Shown piece after piece: positions 1-8,632 of a DNA stretch of 44,022 bases. The translations under genes were made by a program, and so were the position numbers. Numbering within the stretch: position 1 is the first letter of the stretch; every line of letters begins with the position of its first letter. The notes under the pieces were generated by a model, which saw nothing but the letters and a program-made list of their open reading frames with translations, ran no database searches and was not told the origin of the DNA. Source of the stretch: Chloroflexota bacterium (GTDB taxonomy: Bacteria > Chloroflexota > UBA6077); the NCBI GenBank assembly GCA_050942695.1, contig JBMNNU010000001.1:1-44022 (forward strand), in the 5' to 3' direction.

Positions 1-2041
1 TCAGGTAGCCGTCGGCAGTGACGGTCAGGGAGTAGGTGCCGGGCGGCAGCAGCAAGGTGTAGGCTCCGTCGGAGTTTGTCGTGCTCGAGTAGACGCCTGC
101 AGCTACCGTGGCTCCCCCATCGTTAGTCCTCGCTTGAAGGTCCACCACCCCGCTGACCCTGGGGAGGGCCGTAGGGGTAACGGTCGGTGTGGATGTCGAT
201 GTTGCTGTTGGAGTAGTAGTAGCCGTTGAAGTTGGAAGGGGTGTGTTTGTGGGCGTCGAGGTAGCGGCGGCGGCTCCCACTTCGAAGCCGTCGATAACCA
301 CATCGTGCCCGGCAGAGTTGGCATTCCGGAAGTCACTCACCTTCACCACAATCAGGTGCTCTCCCAGCGGAACGTTGAGTAGCACCCTCTCCCCCCATTG
401 GACACCATCGCTCCGGTAAAGGTCGATTTCGGGGCTCTGAACGTCGTCCAACCACACCTCGGCCACACCCTCGGCAGGCCCCTTCATAGTAACAAGCGTT
501 ATGCAAGACCCATGAAAGCGCAACCGGGCAGTTGCCCCTGGAGTCGAGGAACGATGGGCTGCTCCTCCCTCCGGTCCATCCCCCGCCCACTCTGCCCAGC
601 CGTCCGAGTATTGGATCATGGGATCCGAATCTTCATACCAGCCTGGACCCGCTACATCCAGGCTAGCGGTGGCGGTAGCGGTGGCCGTTGGAGTCTGAGT
701 CGGCGACGCGGTAGCGGTGAGTGTTGGGGTCTGGGTCGGTGAAGCTGTGGCGGTAAGGGTTGCAGTCGCGGTGAAGGTCGGTGTGGACGTCGGAGTCGCC
801 GAGGGGGTGTTAGTCGAGGTTGCAGTTGCCGTGCACGTTGGTGTCGAGGTAGGAAGGGCTGTTGCGGTGCTGGTGGGCTCAGGGGTGGCGGTGGCCGTGG
901 GTTGGGGCCAGCCTATGGTTGCAGTGTAGATGTCCCACACCCCGCTCCGTTTGTCTAACCACACTATACGGTCCCCGTGAATCCGCGGTTCCGATTGGTC
1001 CCCAGTCGCGGTACATATCGGAAACTCGACCTGTCTGGCGATGTCGTAGCCGTAGATGTCGTAACTGGATCCAGAGCGTTTATCCTGCCAGGCGACCAGG
1101 TCGCCGTGAATAGCCGGGGCACCCTTATCGCCCGGAGCGATGCATATCGGGAACTGAGAGCCGCCAGAGCGGTATCCCCATATTCCAGCGTCGGGGGACT
1201 GTATCTCATGCCACACCAGGGTCCAATTGTCGACATCTCCGGTGATCTGAGGATTGACCTGGCTGGTTGTGCCGGCGAATTTACCTGTATTAAAAAGCTC
1301 TTTCGCCTTCAACTGTCCGGCCTCCATGAAGAAGGAAAAAACCCGGACGTGTGTAAAGGTAGAGTTAATATCGGTGCTCTCGTGGAATGCGATAACCCCG
1401 TCGGCGAGGCTGGGGAAGCCCTGATTGCCGAGAGGGGATTGCGCCCCGAGCAATATCTCCTGCCCGCTTTGCAGCTCTTTCAGGCGAATTCGGTATGGAG
1501 CAGGGGTGCTGCGATCCTGGTAAGCTATAAAGGTGCTGTATACTGCAGCGGGCGCGTTAGGTACCTTACAGTTCGTCACCTGGGCAACCTCTGGGTCGCT
1601 GCCGCCAGTATACCGAAAGAGGGTCGGCTTGATGCTGCTGGGGACTCGCCAGTCGATCCAGACCACATCTGAACCGTGGACGCGAGGCATCATCTGGTTT
1701 TCGGTTTGCCCAGGCGATAGCGCCCAGGGAACTCTCGAATTGAGATCCACGGCGTAGACGGCGAAATCGCCCGATGCTCCCTGCTCGTGGTACACCACCA
1801 GATCCTGGTAGATGTCCGCTCCGCCCTTCAGATAACCGTTGCTCACCAGGGCGGATTCCACGATTTCAGGTAACCCTGCTGCGTGAGCTACCGGTGGCGT
1901 TTGGAAAATTGCCGAGGCAATTTGGAGGGGTGTTAGAGAGCTGCCTGCCTCAGGGCGTTCAGAAAAAACGCACAGCAGTAGTGACAATCCAGTTAGCAAT
2001 AGTAATGGCGAGTGAAAAAAAGCTGCTGAACGTCTACCCAC
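1..2041 (-). CDS. Secreted multidomain surface protein (signal peptide, TolB-like beta-propeller repeats, Thr/Pro linkers, lectin-like beta-sandwich, carboxypeptidase-regulatory-like domain); C-terminus runs off the window
   Basis: My own translation of the minus strand gives one open frame from GTG at 2041 to position 1, with an in-frame TAA just upstream at 2057-2059. The ORF track omits it because it has no stop inside the window. The N-terminus VGRRSAAFFHSPLLLLTGLSLLLCVF looks like a signal peptide. It has repeated HGD-VW-D-R-G-DIY motifs, two long T/P/A linkers, and ends ...NSDGAYTLLLPPGTYSLTVTADGYL. Confidence 0.7.
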   Translation of the reverse strand, partial: MGRRSAAFFHSPLLLLTGLSLLLCVFSERPEAGSSLTPLQIASAIFQTPPVAHAAGLPEIVESALVSNGYLKGGADIYQDLVVYHEQGASGDFAVYAVDLNSRVPWALSPGQTENQMMPRVHGSDVVWIDWRVPSSIKPTLFRYTGGSDPEVAQVTNCKVPNAPAAVYSTFIAYQDRSTPAPYRIRLKELQSGQEILLGAQSPLGNQGFPSLADGVIAFHESTDINSTFTHVRVFSFFMEAGQLKAKELFNTGKFAGTTSQVNPQITGDVDNWTLVWHEIQSPDAGIWGYRSGGSQFPICIAPGDKGAPAIHGDLVAWQDKRSGSSYDIYGYDIARQVEFPICTATGDQSEPRIHGDRIVWLDKRSGVWDIYTATIGWPQPTATATPEPTSTATALPTSTPTCTATATSTNTPSATPTSTPTFTATATLTATASPTQTPTLTATASPTQTPTATATATASLDVAGPGWYEDSDPMIQYSDGWAEWAGDGPEGGAAHRSSTPGATARLRFHGSCITLVTMKGPAEGVAEVWLDDVQSPEIDLYRSDGVQWGERVLLNVPLGEHLIVVKVSDFRNANSAGHDVVIDGFEVGAAAATSTPTNTPLPTSTATTTPTATSTSTPTVTPTALPRVSGVVDLQARTNDGGATVAAGVYSSTTNSDGAYTLLLPPGTYSLTVTADGYL

Positions 2042-2236
2042 AAAGCATCTCCCAGCTTAAGCTTAGATCTGGGAAACTAAGTTGATGTTCTCGTAGAATA
2101 AATCAGCTATCGTTACTTGTCAATCATCAATTAAAATCTACATGAGTCACGGCGAATCCTGCTCTTGATGCAGATTCTGCCCTGCGGTATACTTTTGGGA
2201 CCGCTTTATGGGTATATGGAAAGGGGGTTGGGCTCG

Positions 2237-3376
2237 GTGAAGCTCTCTTGCCTTCAGGAAAACCTAGATAAAGGACTCAACATAGTCAGCAAGGCCGTTC
2301 CGGCCAAAAGCACTCTTCCTGTCCTCGGCAACGTCCTGTTGTCAACCGATCAGGGTCGGTTAAAGCTGGCAGCCACTAATCTGGAGGTGGCCATAAGCTG
2401 CTGGATCGGGGCCAAGGTGGAGGAAGAGGGTTCAATTACCGTTCCCGCTAACCTCCTAACCGAATTCGTACGCTCCCTGCCCAACGATCGAATCGATCTA
2501 TCTCTGTCTCCGCGCACCAAGACGGTGAACCTGCGCTGCGCCCGTTTCGATGCCAATATCAGGGGGATCGATGCAGAGGAGTTCCCCACCCTGCCCAGTG
2601 CAGGCGATGGGTTCAAGATACTGGTGGATGGCGTGACACTCTCTGAAAGCATCTCCCAGGTGGTCTTCGCTGCCGCATCCGACGACAGCAGGCCGGTGCT
2701 AACTGGGGTACTGGTCACCTTCAAAGAAGACAAAATGACCATGGTGGCGGCCGACGGTTTCCGCATGGCTGTCAAAACGACACCTCTGGGCTCCGCAGTG
2801 GAGCAGGAGATCAGCGTCATCGTACCTGCCAGAGCCCTGCGAGAGTTAGGGCGGATCGTGTCCGACAGCGAGGAACAGATAGAGATCTCCGTCACTTCCA
2901 ACCGCAACCAGGCGCTCTTCCGTGCCGGGAACGTTGAGCTGGTCTCTCGGCTGATAGAGGGCCAGTTCCCCCCATATGAGCGGATCATCCCCCCGCCCAG
3001 CGAGAACAAGGTAGTGGTGAGCACAGGGGAGTTTCTGAACGCCAACCGCACAGCATCCATATTTGCCCGTGACAACTCCAACATCGTCCGGTTCCAGTTT
3101 ACCCCGGGGGAGGAGGGTCTCACGGCGGGCAAGATGATCATCACCGCCACCAGCGCCGAGGTGGGCGACAACGTGGGCGAGATCGACGCAGCCATCGTCG
3201 GACAGCCACCCCAGATAGCTTTCAACAGCCGCTACCTGGATGAGCTTTTGAGGGTGTTGGAGAAGAGTTCCCAGTTGGCGCTGGATATGAACTCTTCATC
3301 TAGCCCTGGGGTGTTCCGACCTGTGGGCGACGAGGGCTACCTGCACATCATTATGCCCATGCATACGAACAGGTAG
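2237..3376 (+). CDS. dnaN: DNA polymerase III beta subunit (sliding clamp)
   Basis: The 2165..3376 ORF reads VKLSCLQENLDKGLNIVSKAV..., with LPVLGNVLL and a C-terminal MPM motif typical of DnaN. I prefer the in-frame GTG at 2237, preceded by GGAAAGGGGG. The TTG at 2165 and ATG at 2216 are alternatives. Confidence 0.92.
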   Translation: MKLSCLQENLDKGLNIVSKAVPAKSTLPVLGNVLLSTDQGRLKLAATNLEVAISCWIGAKVEEEGSITVPANLLTEFVRSLPNDRIDLSLSPRTKTVNLRCARFDANIRGIDAEEFPTLPSAGDGFKILVDGVTLSESISQVVFAAASDDSRPVLTGVLVTFKEDKMTMVAADGFRMAVKTTPLGSAVEQEISVIVPARALRELGRIVSDSEEQIEISVTSNRNQALFRAGNVELVSRLIEGQFPPYERIIPPPSENKVVVSTGEFLNANRTASIFARDNSNIVRFQFTPGEEGLTAGKMIITATSAEVGDNVGEIDAAIVGQPPQIAFNSRYLDELLRVLEKSSQLALDMNSSSSPGVFRPVGDEGYLHIIMPMHTNR

Positions 3377-4737
3377 TGCATCTACAACAGTTGTCCCTCG
3401 CCAATTTCCGCAGCTACAGGCAGCTCGAACTCGAGTTGCCCTACCCCATTGTTCTGCTACAGGGCAACAACGGACAGGGAAAGAGCAACCTGCTGGAGGC
3501 TATCTATTTCCTAGCTACTACCCGGTCCCTACGGGCAGGATCCGATAGAGAGCTGATCAACTGGGAAGCCTTGGAAGAGCCCATCCCCTTTGCGCGCGTT
3601 GCCGGAACCGTTAAAAAGACCAGAGGCGACCTGAGGGTGGAGATAGCCATCCGCGCCGACCGGCCGGAACGAGCTGGCGCAGCCCTAGGGGAATCCGGCG
3701 GTACCCCGTTGGGGCTATCCAAGCGGATCAAGATCAACGGCGTAGCGAAGCGAGCGCTGGACCTCCTGGGGCAGATCAATGTAGTGATGTTCTCTCCACA
3801 GGACCTGGAACTGATCACCGGCTCCCCTTCCATCCGTCGCCGCTATCTCGATATCGTCAACTGCCAGGTAGACCGTCGCTACTGCCGGGCTTTGCAGCAG
3901 TACAACCGGGTGCTCCACCAGCGAAACCACCTTTTGAAGCAGATACGCGATGGCAAACAGCCCATTGAGACGCTGGAGTTCTGGAGCGAGGAGTTGGTGA
4001 AGAGTGGGGCTTACCTGCTTTGGCGACGGCTGGAGACAGTAGCGGCGCTAAACGGCTGGCTAGAGAGCTACTTCCACCGACTGACGAGAACGGGGAAGCG
4101 GCTGAAGATGGCCTATCGGTCTACAGTGGATGAGGCTGTGGGAGGCGCGGAGACGCGGGGACACAGGGACGGACCCCACCCCCTGCCCCTCCCCCACAGG
4201 GAGAGGGGAGATGAACTGGCTCTCACTGAGGGAGAGCGTGAACGTGCCAGAGGACACGTTCACGGGGGTGAGGGGGAACTAGCTCAGGACTCAGGACTCA
4301 GGACTCAGGACCCGCAACTCACCGAGACGGCCGAGCTGTTCAGGGAGGCTTTGCGCCGCTACCGCAGGCGAGAAACGCTCCAGGGGGTATCTCTATTGGG
4401 GCCCCACCGGGATGACCTAGTCTTCCGCGCAGATGGTATCGACATGAACGTCTACGGTTCTCGCGGCGAGCAGAGGGCGGTGGCGTTGGCGCTCAAGCTG
4501 TCGGAGGTGGAGTTCCTGCAAGAAGCCACTGGAGAATGGCCTCTCCTGCTGCTAGACGACGTGATGTCGGAGCTCGATCCCTCCCGCAGACTGCTGCTGC
4601 TGGAGACCATCGGCTCGTCGGGGCAAACCCTGATCACCACCACAGAGCTGGAGTCATTCTCACCGAAGTTCCTGGCTAGCGCTGCGCTTTTCGAAATCCA
4701 TCAGGGCACGGTGGTGCTAACGCGCAAACCTGCATAG
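3376..4737 (+). CDS. recF: DNA replication/repair protein RecF, carrying an ~57-codon low-complexity insertion
   Basis: N-terminus MHLQQLSLANFRSYRQLEL..GNNGQGKSNLLEAIYFL (Walker A), later GPHRDDL and LLLLDDVMSELD (Walker B). The GTG start shares one nucleotide with the dnaN stop (TAGTG). It is 453 aa, whereas RecF is usually about 360-370 aa. Confidence 0.9.
   Translation: MHLQQLSLANFRSYRQLELELPYPIVLLQGNNGQGKSNLLEAIYFLATTRSLRAGSDRELINWEALEEPIPFARVAGTVKKTRGDLRVEIAIRADRPERAGAALGESGGTPLGLSKRIKINGVAKRALDLLGQINVVMFSPQDLELITGSPSIRRRYLDIVNCQVDRRYCRALQQYNRVLHQRNHLLKQIRDGKQPIETLEFWSEELVKSGAYLLWRRLETVAALNGWLESYFHRLTRTGKRLKMAYRSTVDEAVGGAETRGHRDGPHPLPLPHRERGDELALTEGERERARGHVHGGEGELAQDSGLRTQDPQLTETAELFREALRRYRRRETLQGVSLLGPHRDDLVFRADGIDMNVYGSRGEQRAVALALKLSEVEFLQEATGEWPLLLLDDVMSELDPSRRLLLLETIGSSGQTLITTTELESFSPKFLASAALFEIHQGTVVLTRKPA
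4141..4311 (+). repeat. Composite repeat inside recF: CGGAGAC-like heptamers, 42-nt GC-hairpin core, 9-bp perfect hairpin, (CTCAGGA)x4
   Basis: Core 4171-4212 is ggaccccaccccctgcccctcccccacagggagaggggagat. Hairpin is gtgaacgtg(4238-4246)/cacgttcac(4255-4263). Four exact tandem CTCAGGA copies lie at 4283-4310. A 72-nt stretch matches the reverse complement of 29188-29259 at 66/72. Confidence 0.85.
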
Positions 4738-4844
4738 GAAACCCCCTGGTGTAATAGGGTGAACAGATATATAATCTAAATTGACAGGTTAAGCTCTGCT
4801 ACGTCCGCTGTTCATACGATTTCCCAAATGGAAAGGACGATAAT

Positions 4845-5354
4845 ATGAACTTCCTAGGCCTTGGTCCGGGTGAATTGTTCGTAGTGATGGTGTTGGCCCT
4901 CATCGTGTTCGGGCCACAAAAGCTACCTGAGATAGGCAAAGGACTCGGCAAGGCTATCGGTGAATTCCGCAGGGCTACCAACGATATAACCCAGGAGTTC
5001 AACCGTGAGCTGCAGCTCGATTCCATACTGAACCCAAATAACCAACAAGCCGCGCCTCCTCAGAAACAACAGGCTGCTGAACCAGCGGTTAGAAGCAGCA
5101 GCTCAACTACGGCGACAGCCATGGAAGAGTTGCCTAGGAGCGAGCCGATCGTAGGGGGCACGGCGCCGGAGAAGAAGCTTGCCCCCAGCGCCGAAAGACC
5201 GGGCGAGGGCTCTTCTTATCAGCGCGAAGAGGCAATAGCTCCATCTCCTGCAGAAGAGCCAACAGCCCCATCCGGCATCGAAGAGCCGCCGACTGCAGAA
5301 GCGGAAGAGTCTGGAGACAAGAAGCAAGAGTCAGGTAACGGCGAAATAATGTAG
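4845..5354 (+). CDS. tatA: Twin-arginine translocase TatA/TatE-family protein with a long Pro/Glu/Ala-rich C-terminal tail
   Basis: [44 protein letters not shown] is the canonical TatA transmembrane segment plus amphipathic helix. RBS GGAAAGGA lies upstream. Confidence 0.88.
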   Translation: MNFLGLGPGELFVVMVLALIVFGPQKLPEIGKGLGKAIGEFRRATNDITQEFNRELQLDSILNPNNQQAAPPQKQQAAEPAVRSSSSTTATAMEELPRSEPIVGGTAPEKKLAPSAERPGEGSSYQREEAIAPSPAEEPTAPSGIEEPPTAEAEESGDKKQESGNGEIM

Positions 5355-5536
5355 CCAGAAATGGCATCGATCATGCACTAAATTGGCGAGATCGAGCCGC
5401 CGGCCGAGCTTAACTAAGTCTAGTCGAGATGTGGGTAGGAAATGGCTGACGATACGAGAAAAGGGTCCTGATCCGGCTGCGATTCTTATCTTATCGTTCG
5501 TCCTCAAGATGGTACCCCTGGCAAAGGAGAAAACGG

Positions 5537-6115
5537 GTGATAGAGGTCTTCGTTGAGAGCATTCGAGTGAATATGGCCAACTACAAGCGGGTGGTGATGC
5601 TGAAGGAGAAGAACGATGGACGCTACCTCCCGATTTGGATAGGTCACTTCGAGGCCGATGCCATCGCCATCCCTTTGCAGAACGTCCAGGTGAGCCGGCC
5701 TTTGACCCACGACCTGCTGCGCTCGGTCCTCGGAGCCCTGAGCGCTAAACTGGTGAGCATCATAATCAACGACTTAGCCGACGACACCTTCTTCGCCAAG
5801 CTGGTGCTCGACCACGAGGGCCGCCACCTGGAGATCGACTCCAGGCCCAGCGACGCCATCGCGCTGGCCGTTCGAGCAGGAGTGCCTATCTACGTTGCAG
5901 AATCGGTTCTTGACCAGGCAGGGGTGAAGCTCGACTCGGAAACGGAAGAGACCGAGGAGGTAGATGGAGAGCAGATCCGGACGGAATCCTTGGAGCCAGG
6001 CCCAAGCGCCGACGATGAAAGGCTTTCCATCTTTCGACAGTTCATCGAGACTCTAGACATGGACGATCTCGATAAGGGTAAAGGCGGCAAGGAAGGTCCA
6101 TCAGAGACCAAATAG
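5537..6115 (+). CDS. Bifunctional nuclease family protein (DUF151/BFN)
   Basis: VVMLKEKNDGRYLPIWIGHFEADAIAI...RPLTHDLL...FFAKLVL....IDSRPSDAIALAVRAGVPIYV matches the DUF151 pattern. GTG start; acidic C-terminal tail. Confidence 0.8.
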   Translation: MIEVFVESIRVNMANYKRVVMLKEKNDGRYLPIWIGHFEADAIAIPLQNVQVSRPLTHDLLRSVLGALSAKLVSIIINDLADDTFFAKLVLDHEGRHLEIDSRPSDAIALAVRAGVPIYVAESVLDQAGVKLDSETEETEEVDGEQIRTESLEPGPSADDERLSIFRQFIETLDMDDLDKGKGGKEGPSETK

Positions 6116-6334
6116 CGCCTGTTTGAAAACCTGCGTTATCCCTCTAGCTCTATACCGAACCGGCATCGGATAGGGGATTATCCCCGCCGCTCCCTCGATC
6201 CAACAGATCAATGCGTTAGGCATGTGCGAGAATAAACTTTACTTGGTGGCGATATACTACAGTAATGGCGTTCTGAGCTGAAAAACCCGCGAGACAAGAG
6301 GCACGCGCTACTCATCAACTGGAGGGAGCCGCTC

Positions 6335-7345
6335 ATGACAAACGGGAGTTCCAAGCAGCGGATCAGGCTCGGACCCAGCCAGCGGGCCTTCGGCTTCTTC
6401 CCTCTGTTCGATCCAAGAGAGGGGATTACTATCGTAGAGCCTCTGGGGGCCGGCAAAGGCTGGTGGGCAGGGGCTCCTAGCGTTCTCTACGACGCGGAGC
6501 AAGACACCTTCTACGTTTCCTACCGACAAAGGCGGCCCAGGGAATTAGGCCGCGGTGGCGAGACCCGCATCGCCGCCAGCCGCGACGGCGTAACCTTTAA
6601 GGACATTTGGAGCGCCACTAAAGATACCTTCGACTCCCCCTCCATCGAGCGTTGCTCCCTAGTAAAAACTCCGCAGGGGAGATATCGGCTGTACGTGAGC
6701 TTCGTAGACGGCGCCGACGGTCGCTGGCGGATCGACGTACTGGAGGCCGCCGTAATCGAAGAGTTAAATCCATCTGAAAGGATACGGGTCTTGACCGCCG
6801 ACGATATAGATGGGGAAGGGGTGAAGGATCCGTACGTCTTCATGCTGGGGCCCTGCTGGTACATGCTGGCAAGCTGCACCCCAAAACCCGACGTCCTCAC
6901 CCCGGACGTCGCCAGCAGGATGCACGCCACCGCCGATATCTACAACACCGGCATCGTTAAATCGCTCACAGGCCTGGCATACAGCCACGATGGGCTCCAC
7001 TGGCAGTGGGAGGGATTCGTTCTCACGCCGCCGGAGCGTGGATGGGATGCCTACTGCACTCGAATAGGGGCTTTTTTATACCGACCGCCCGTCTTCACCG
7101 CTTTCTACGATGGCTCTGCCAGCGTTGAGGGCAACTACGAGGAGCGGACCGGTATAGCCGTCAGCACCGACCTGCGCAGTTGGCGGCGGGTTTCCGTCGA
7201 TGGCCCTGTTTTAACCTCTCCCAACGCTTCCGGTTCCCTGCGATATCTGGACGCCATAGAGGTCAACGGGGCTCTCTATTACTACTACGAGTTCGCTCGC
7301 GAGGATGGCTCCCACGAGCTTCGGGTGAGCAGGGTAAGGTTGTAA
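6335..7345 (+). CDS. Hypothetical protein, probable five-bladed beta-propeller glycoside-hydrolase-like fold (GH43/GH32/GH130-like)
   Basis: Recurrent blade-like motifs SRDGVTF, VKDPYVF, SHDGLHW and ERTGIAVSTDLRSW. RBS GGAGGGAG precedes the ATG. The family assignment is by eye only. Confidence 0.45.
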   Translation: MTNGSSKQRIRLGPSQRAFGFFPLFDPREGITIVEPLGAGKGWWAGAPSVLYDAEQDTFYVSYRQRRPRELGRGGETRIAASRDGVTFKDIWSATKDTFDSPSIERCSLVKTPQGRYRLYVSFVDGADGRWRIDVLEAAVIEELNPSERIRVLTADDIDGEGVKDPYVFMLGPCWYMLASCTPKPDVLTPDVASRMHATADIYNTGIVKSLTGLAYSHDGLHWQWEGFVLTPPERGWDAYCTRIGAFLYRPPVFTAFYDGSASVEGNYEERTGIAVSTDLRSWRRVSVDGPVLTSPNASGSLRYLDAIEVNGALYYYYEFAREDGSHELRVSRVRL

Positions 7346-7349
7346 CGAT

Positions 7350-8522
7350 ATGGCAACCTCAGTAGAGAAGATGGATGGAGAACGGCGAACAATCGGGATA
7401 GGCCTGCTCGGCTACGGTATGATGGGCCGCGCGCACAGCAGCGCCTTTCGTCGCCTACCCCAGTTTTTTGCGCCTCTACCCCTTGAGCCCCAACTGGTGG
7501 CCGCAGCCGCCAGGTCCGAAGATAAGCTGGCAGAGCTAGCCGGTCGCTTCGGTTACGCAACCTGCTACCGAAACTGGGAGGATCTGCTGGCCGATGAGCG
7601 AGTGGAGATCTTCGACAACAGCGGCCCCAACCACCTCCACGCGGAACCATGCATCGCTGCCGCAAAGGCCGGCAAACATATAATCTGCGAGAAGCCGCTT
7701 GCTCGGAGCGCAGCGGAAGCCAAAAGGATGCTGCTGGCGGCGCAGGAAGCGGGCGTCAAGCACCTTTGCGGCTTCAATTACCGCTTCCTGCCGGCCGTTC
7801 GGCTGGCGAGACAACTAGTGGAGGAGGGCAAGCTGGGCAGGATCTATCACTTCCGGGCTCGCTACCTGAACCCCGCCATGGCGGATCCATCCACCCCCTA
7901 CAGATGGAGGCTGGATAAGGATATTGCGGGTTCCGGGGTCCTTGGGGACATCGGGTCTCACATTATCGACCTGGCCAGGTTCCTGGTGGGCGAGCCTGCC
8001 GAGGTGGCCGCTTCCACCGATATCTTCGTGCCGGAGCGGCCTCTGGAGGGCGACCCATCCCGCACCGGGAAGGTGACCACCGACGACGCCTTCCAGGCCA
8101 TGGTTCGTTTTGCCGGTGGCGCCACCGGAATGCTGGAGGCCTCAAGGGTGTGTCTGGGGAGCCAGAACCGCCTGGAGTTCGAGATGAACGGGTCGGAGGG
8201 TAGCGTCCAGTTCAGCCTGGAGAGGATGAACGAGCTGAGGGTATACCTGAAGCAGGACGAGGCATCTAACCTTGCAGGCTTCCGCCAGGTGATCGTAACG
8301 GGGGCTGATCATCCCTACCTGCGCAGGTGGTGGCCGCGGCACCCGTTGGGCTGGGACCACACCTTCGTCCACGAGATAGCCCACTTCCTGGAGGCCGTGG
8401 CCGGGGAGCACGAGGTGGCTCCCTATGGCGCCACCTTCGAGGACGGCTATCGCGCAGCGGTCGTATGCGACGCCATCATAAAATCGGCCGAAACCGGCAC
8501 CTGGGCCAAAATTGAGTACTGA
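7350..8522 (+). CDS. Gfo/Idh/MocA family NAD(P)-dependent oxidoreductase
   Basis: IGIGLLGYGMMGRAH (Rossmann GxGxxG region) and ICEKPLARSAAEAKRML (EKP motif). The start is 4 nt after the upstream stop. Confidence 0.88.
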   Translation: MATSVEKMDGERRTIGIGLLGYGMMGRAHSSAFRRLPQFFAPLPLEPQLVAAAARSEDKLAELAGRFGYATCYRNWEDLLADERVEIFDNSGPNHLHAEPCIAAAKAGKHIICEKPLARSAAEAKRMLLAAQEAGVKHLCGFNYRFLPAVRLARQLVEEGKLGRIYHFRARYLNPAMADPSTPYRWRLDKDIAGSGVLGDIGSHIIDLARFLVGEPAEVAASTDIFVPERPLEGDPSRTGKVTTDDAFQAMVRFAGGATGMLEASRVCLGSQNRLEFEMNGSEGSVQFSLERMNELRVYLKQDEASNLAGFRQVIVTGADHPYLRRWWPRHPLGWDHTFVHEIAHFLEAVAGEHEVAPYGATFEDGYRAAVVCDAIIKSAETGTWAKIEY

Positions 8523-8632
8523 AAAAAGCAGATCCAGGGCACTCAACGCTGCGCTCGCTCGCGTCACGAGGTGTCCCAAAAACTCTATCCTAACAATAAT
8601 CTCGATCTACAGGTCAGTAAAAAGAGGGCCAA

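Noticed and set aside
189-1757. Several plus-strand ORFs (189-419, 398-742, 717-929, 977-1672, 1533-1757) in the ORF track
   Set aside because: They lie antisense to or out of frame with the long uninterrupted minus-strand ORF. Their translations are low-complexity (VGV/AVA repeats) mirroring the Thr/Pro linker codons, and they have no RBS.
2042-2236. Possible oriC in the AT-rich spacer upstream of dnaN
   Set aside because: I could find no cluster of TTATCCACA-like DnaA boxes. dnaA is not adjacent and gyrB does not follow recF. Only a short TCCCAG/CTGGGA inverted repeat is present. GC skew cannot be judged from one window.
2350-3225. 291-aa minus-strand ORF inside dnaN
   Set aside because: It is fully antisense to a confidently identified dnaN. 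The translation is Ser/Arg/Ala-rich and non-protein-like, which is typical of GC-rich antisense frames.
4283-4310. Heptamer arrays as a CRISPR array (also at 29104-29187, 37848-37875, 43969-43996)
   Set aside because: The units are 7 nt and directly tandem with no spacers. There are no 24-40-nt repeats and no cas genes.
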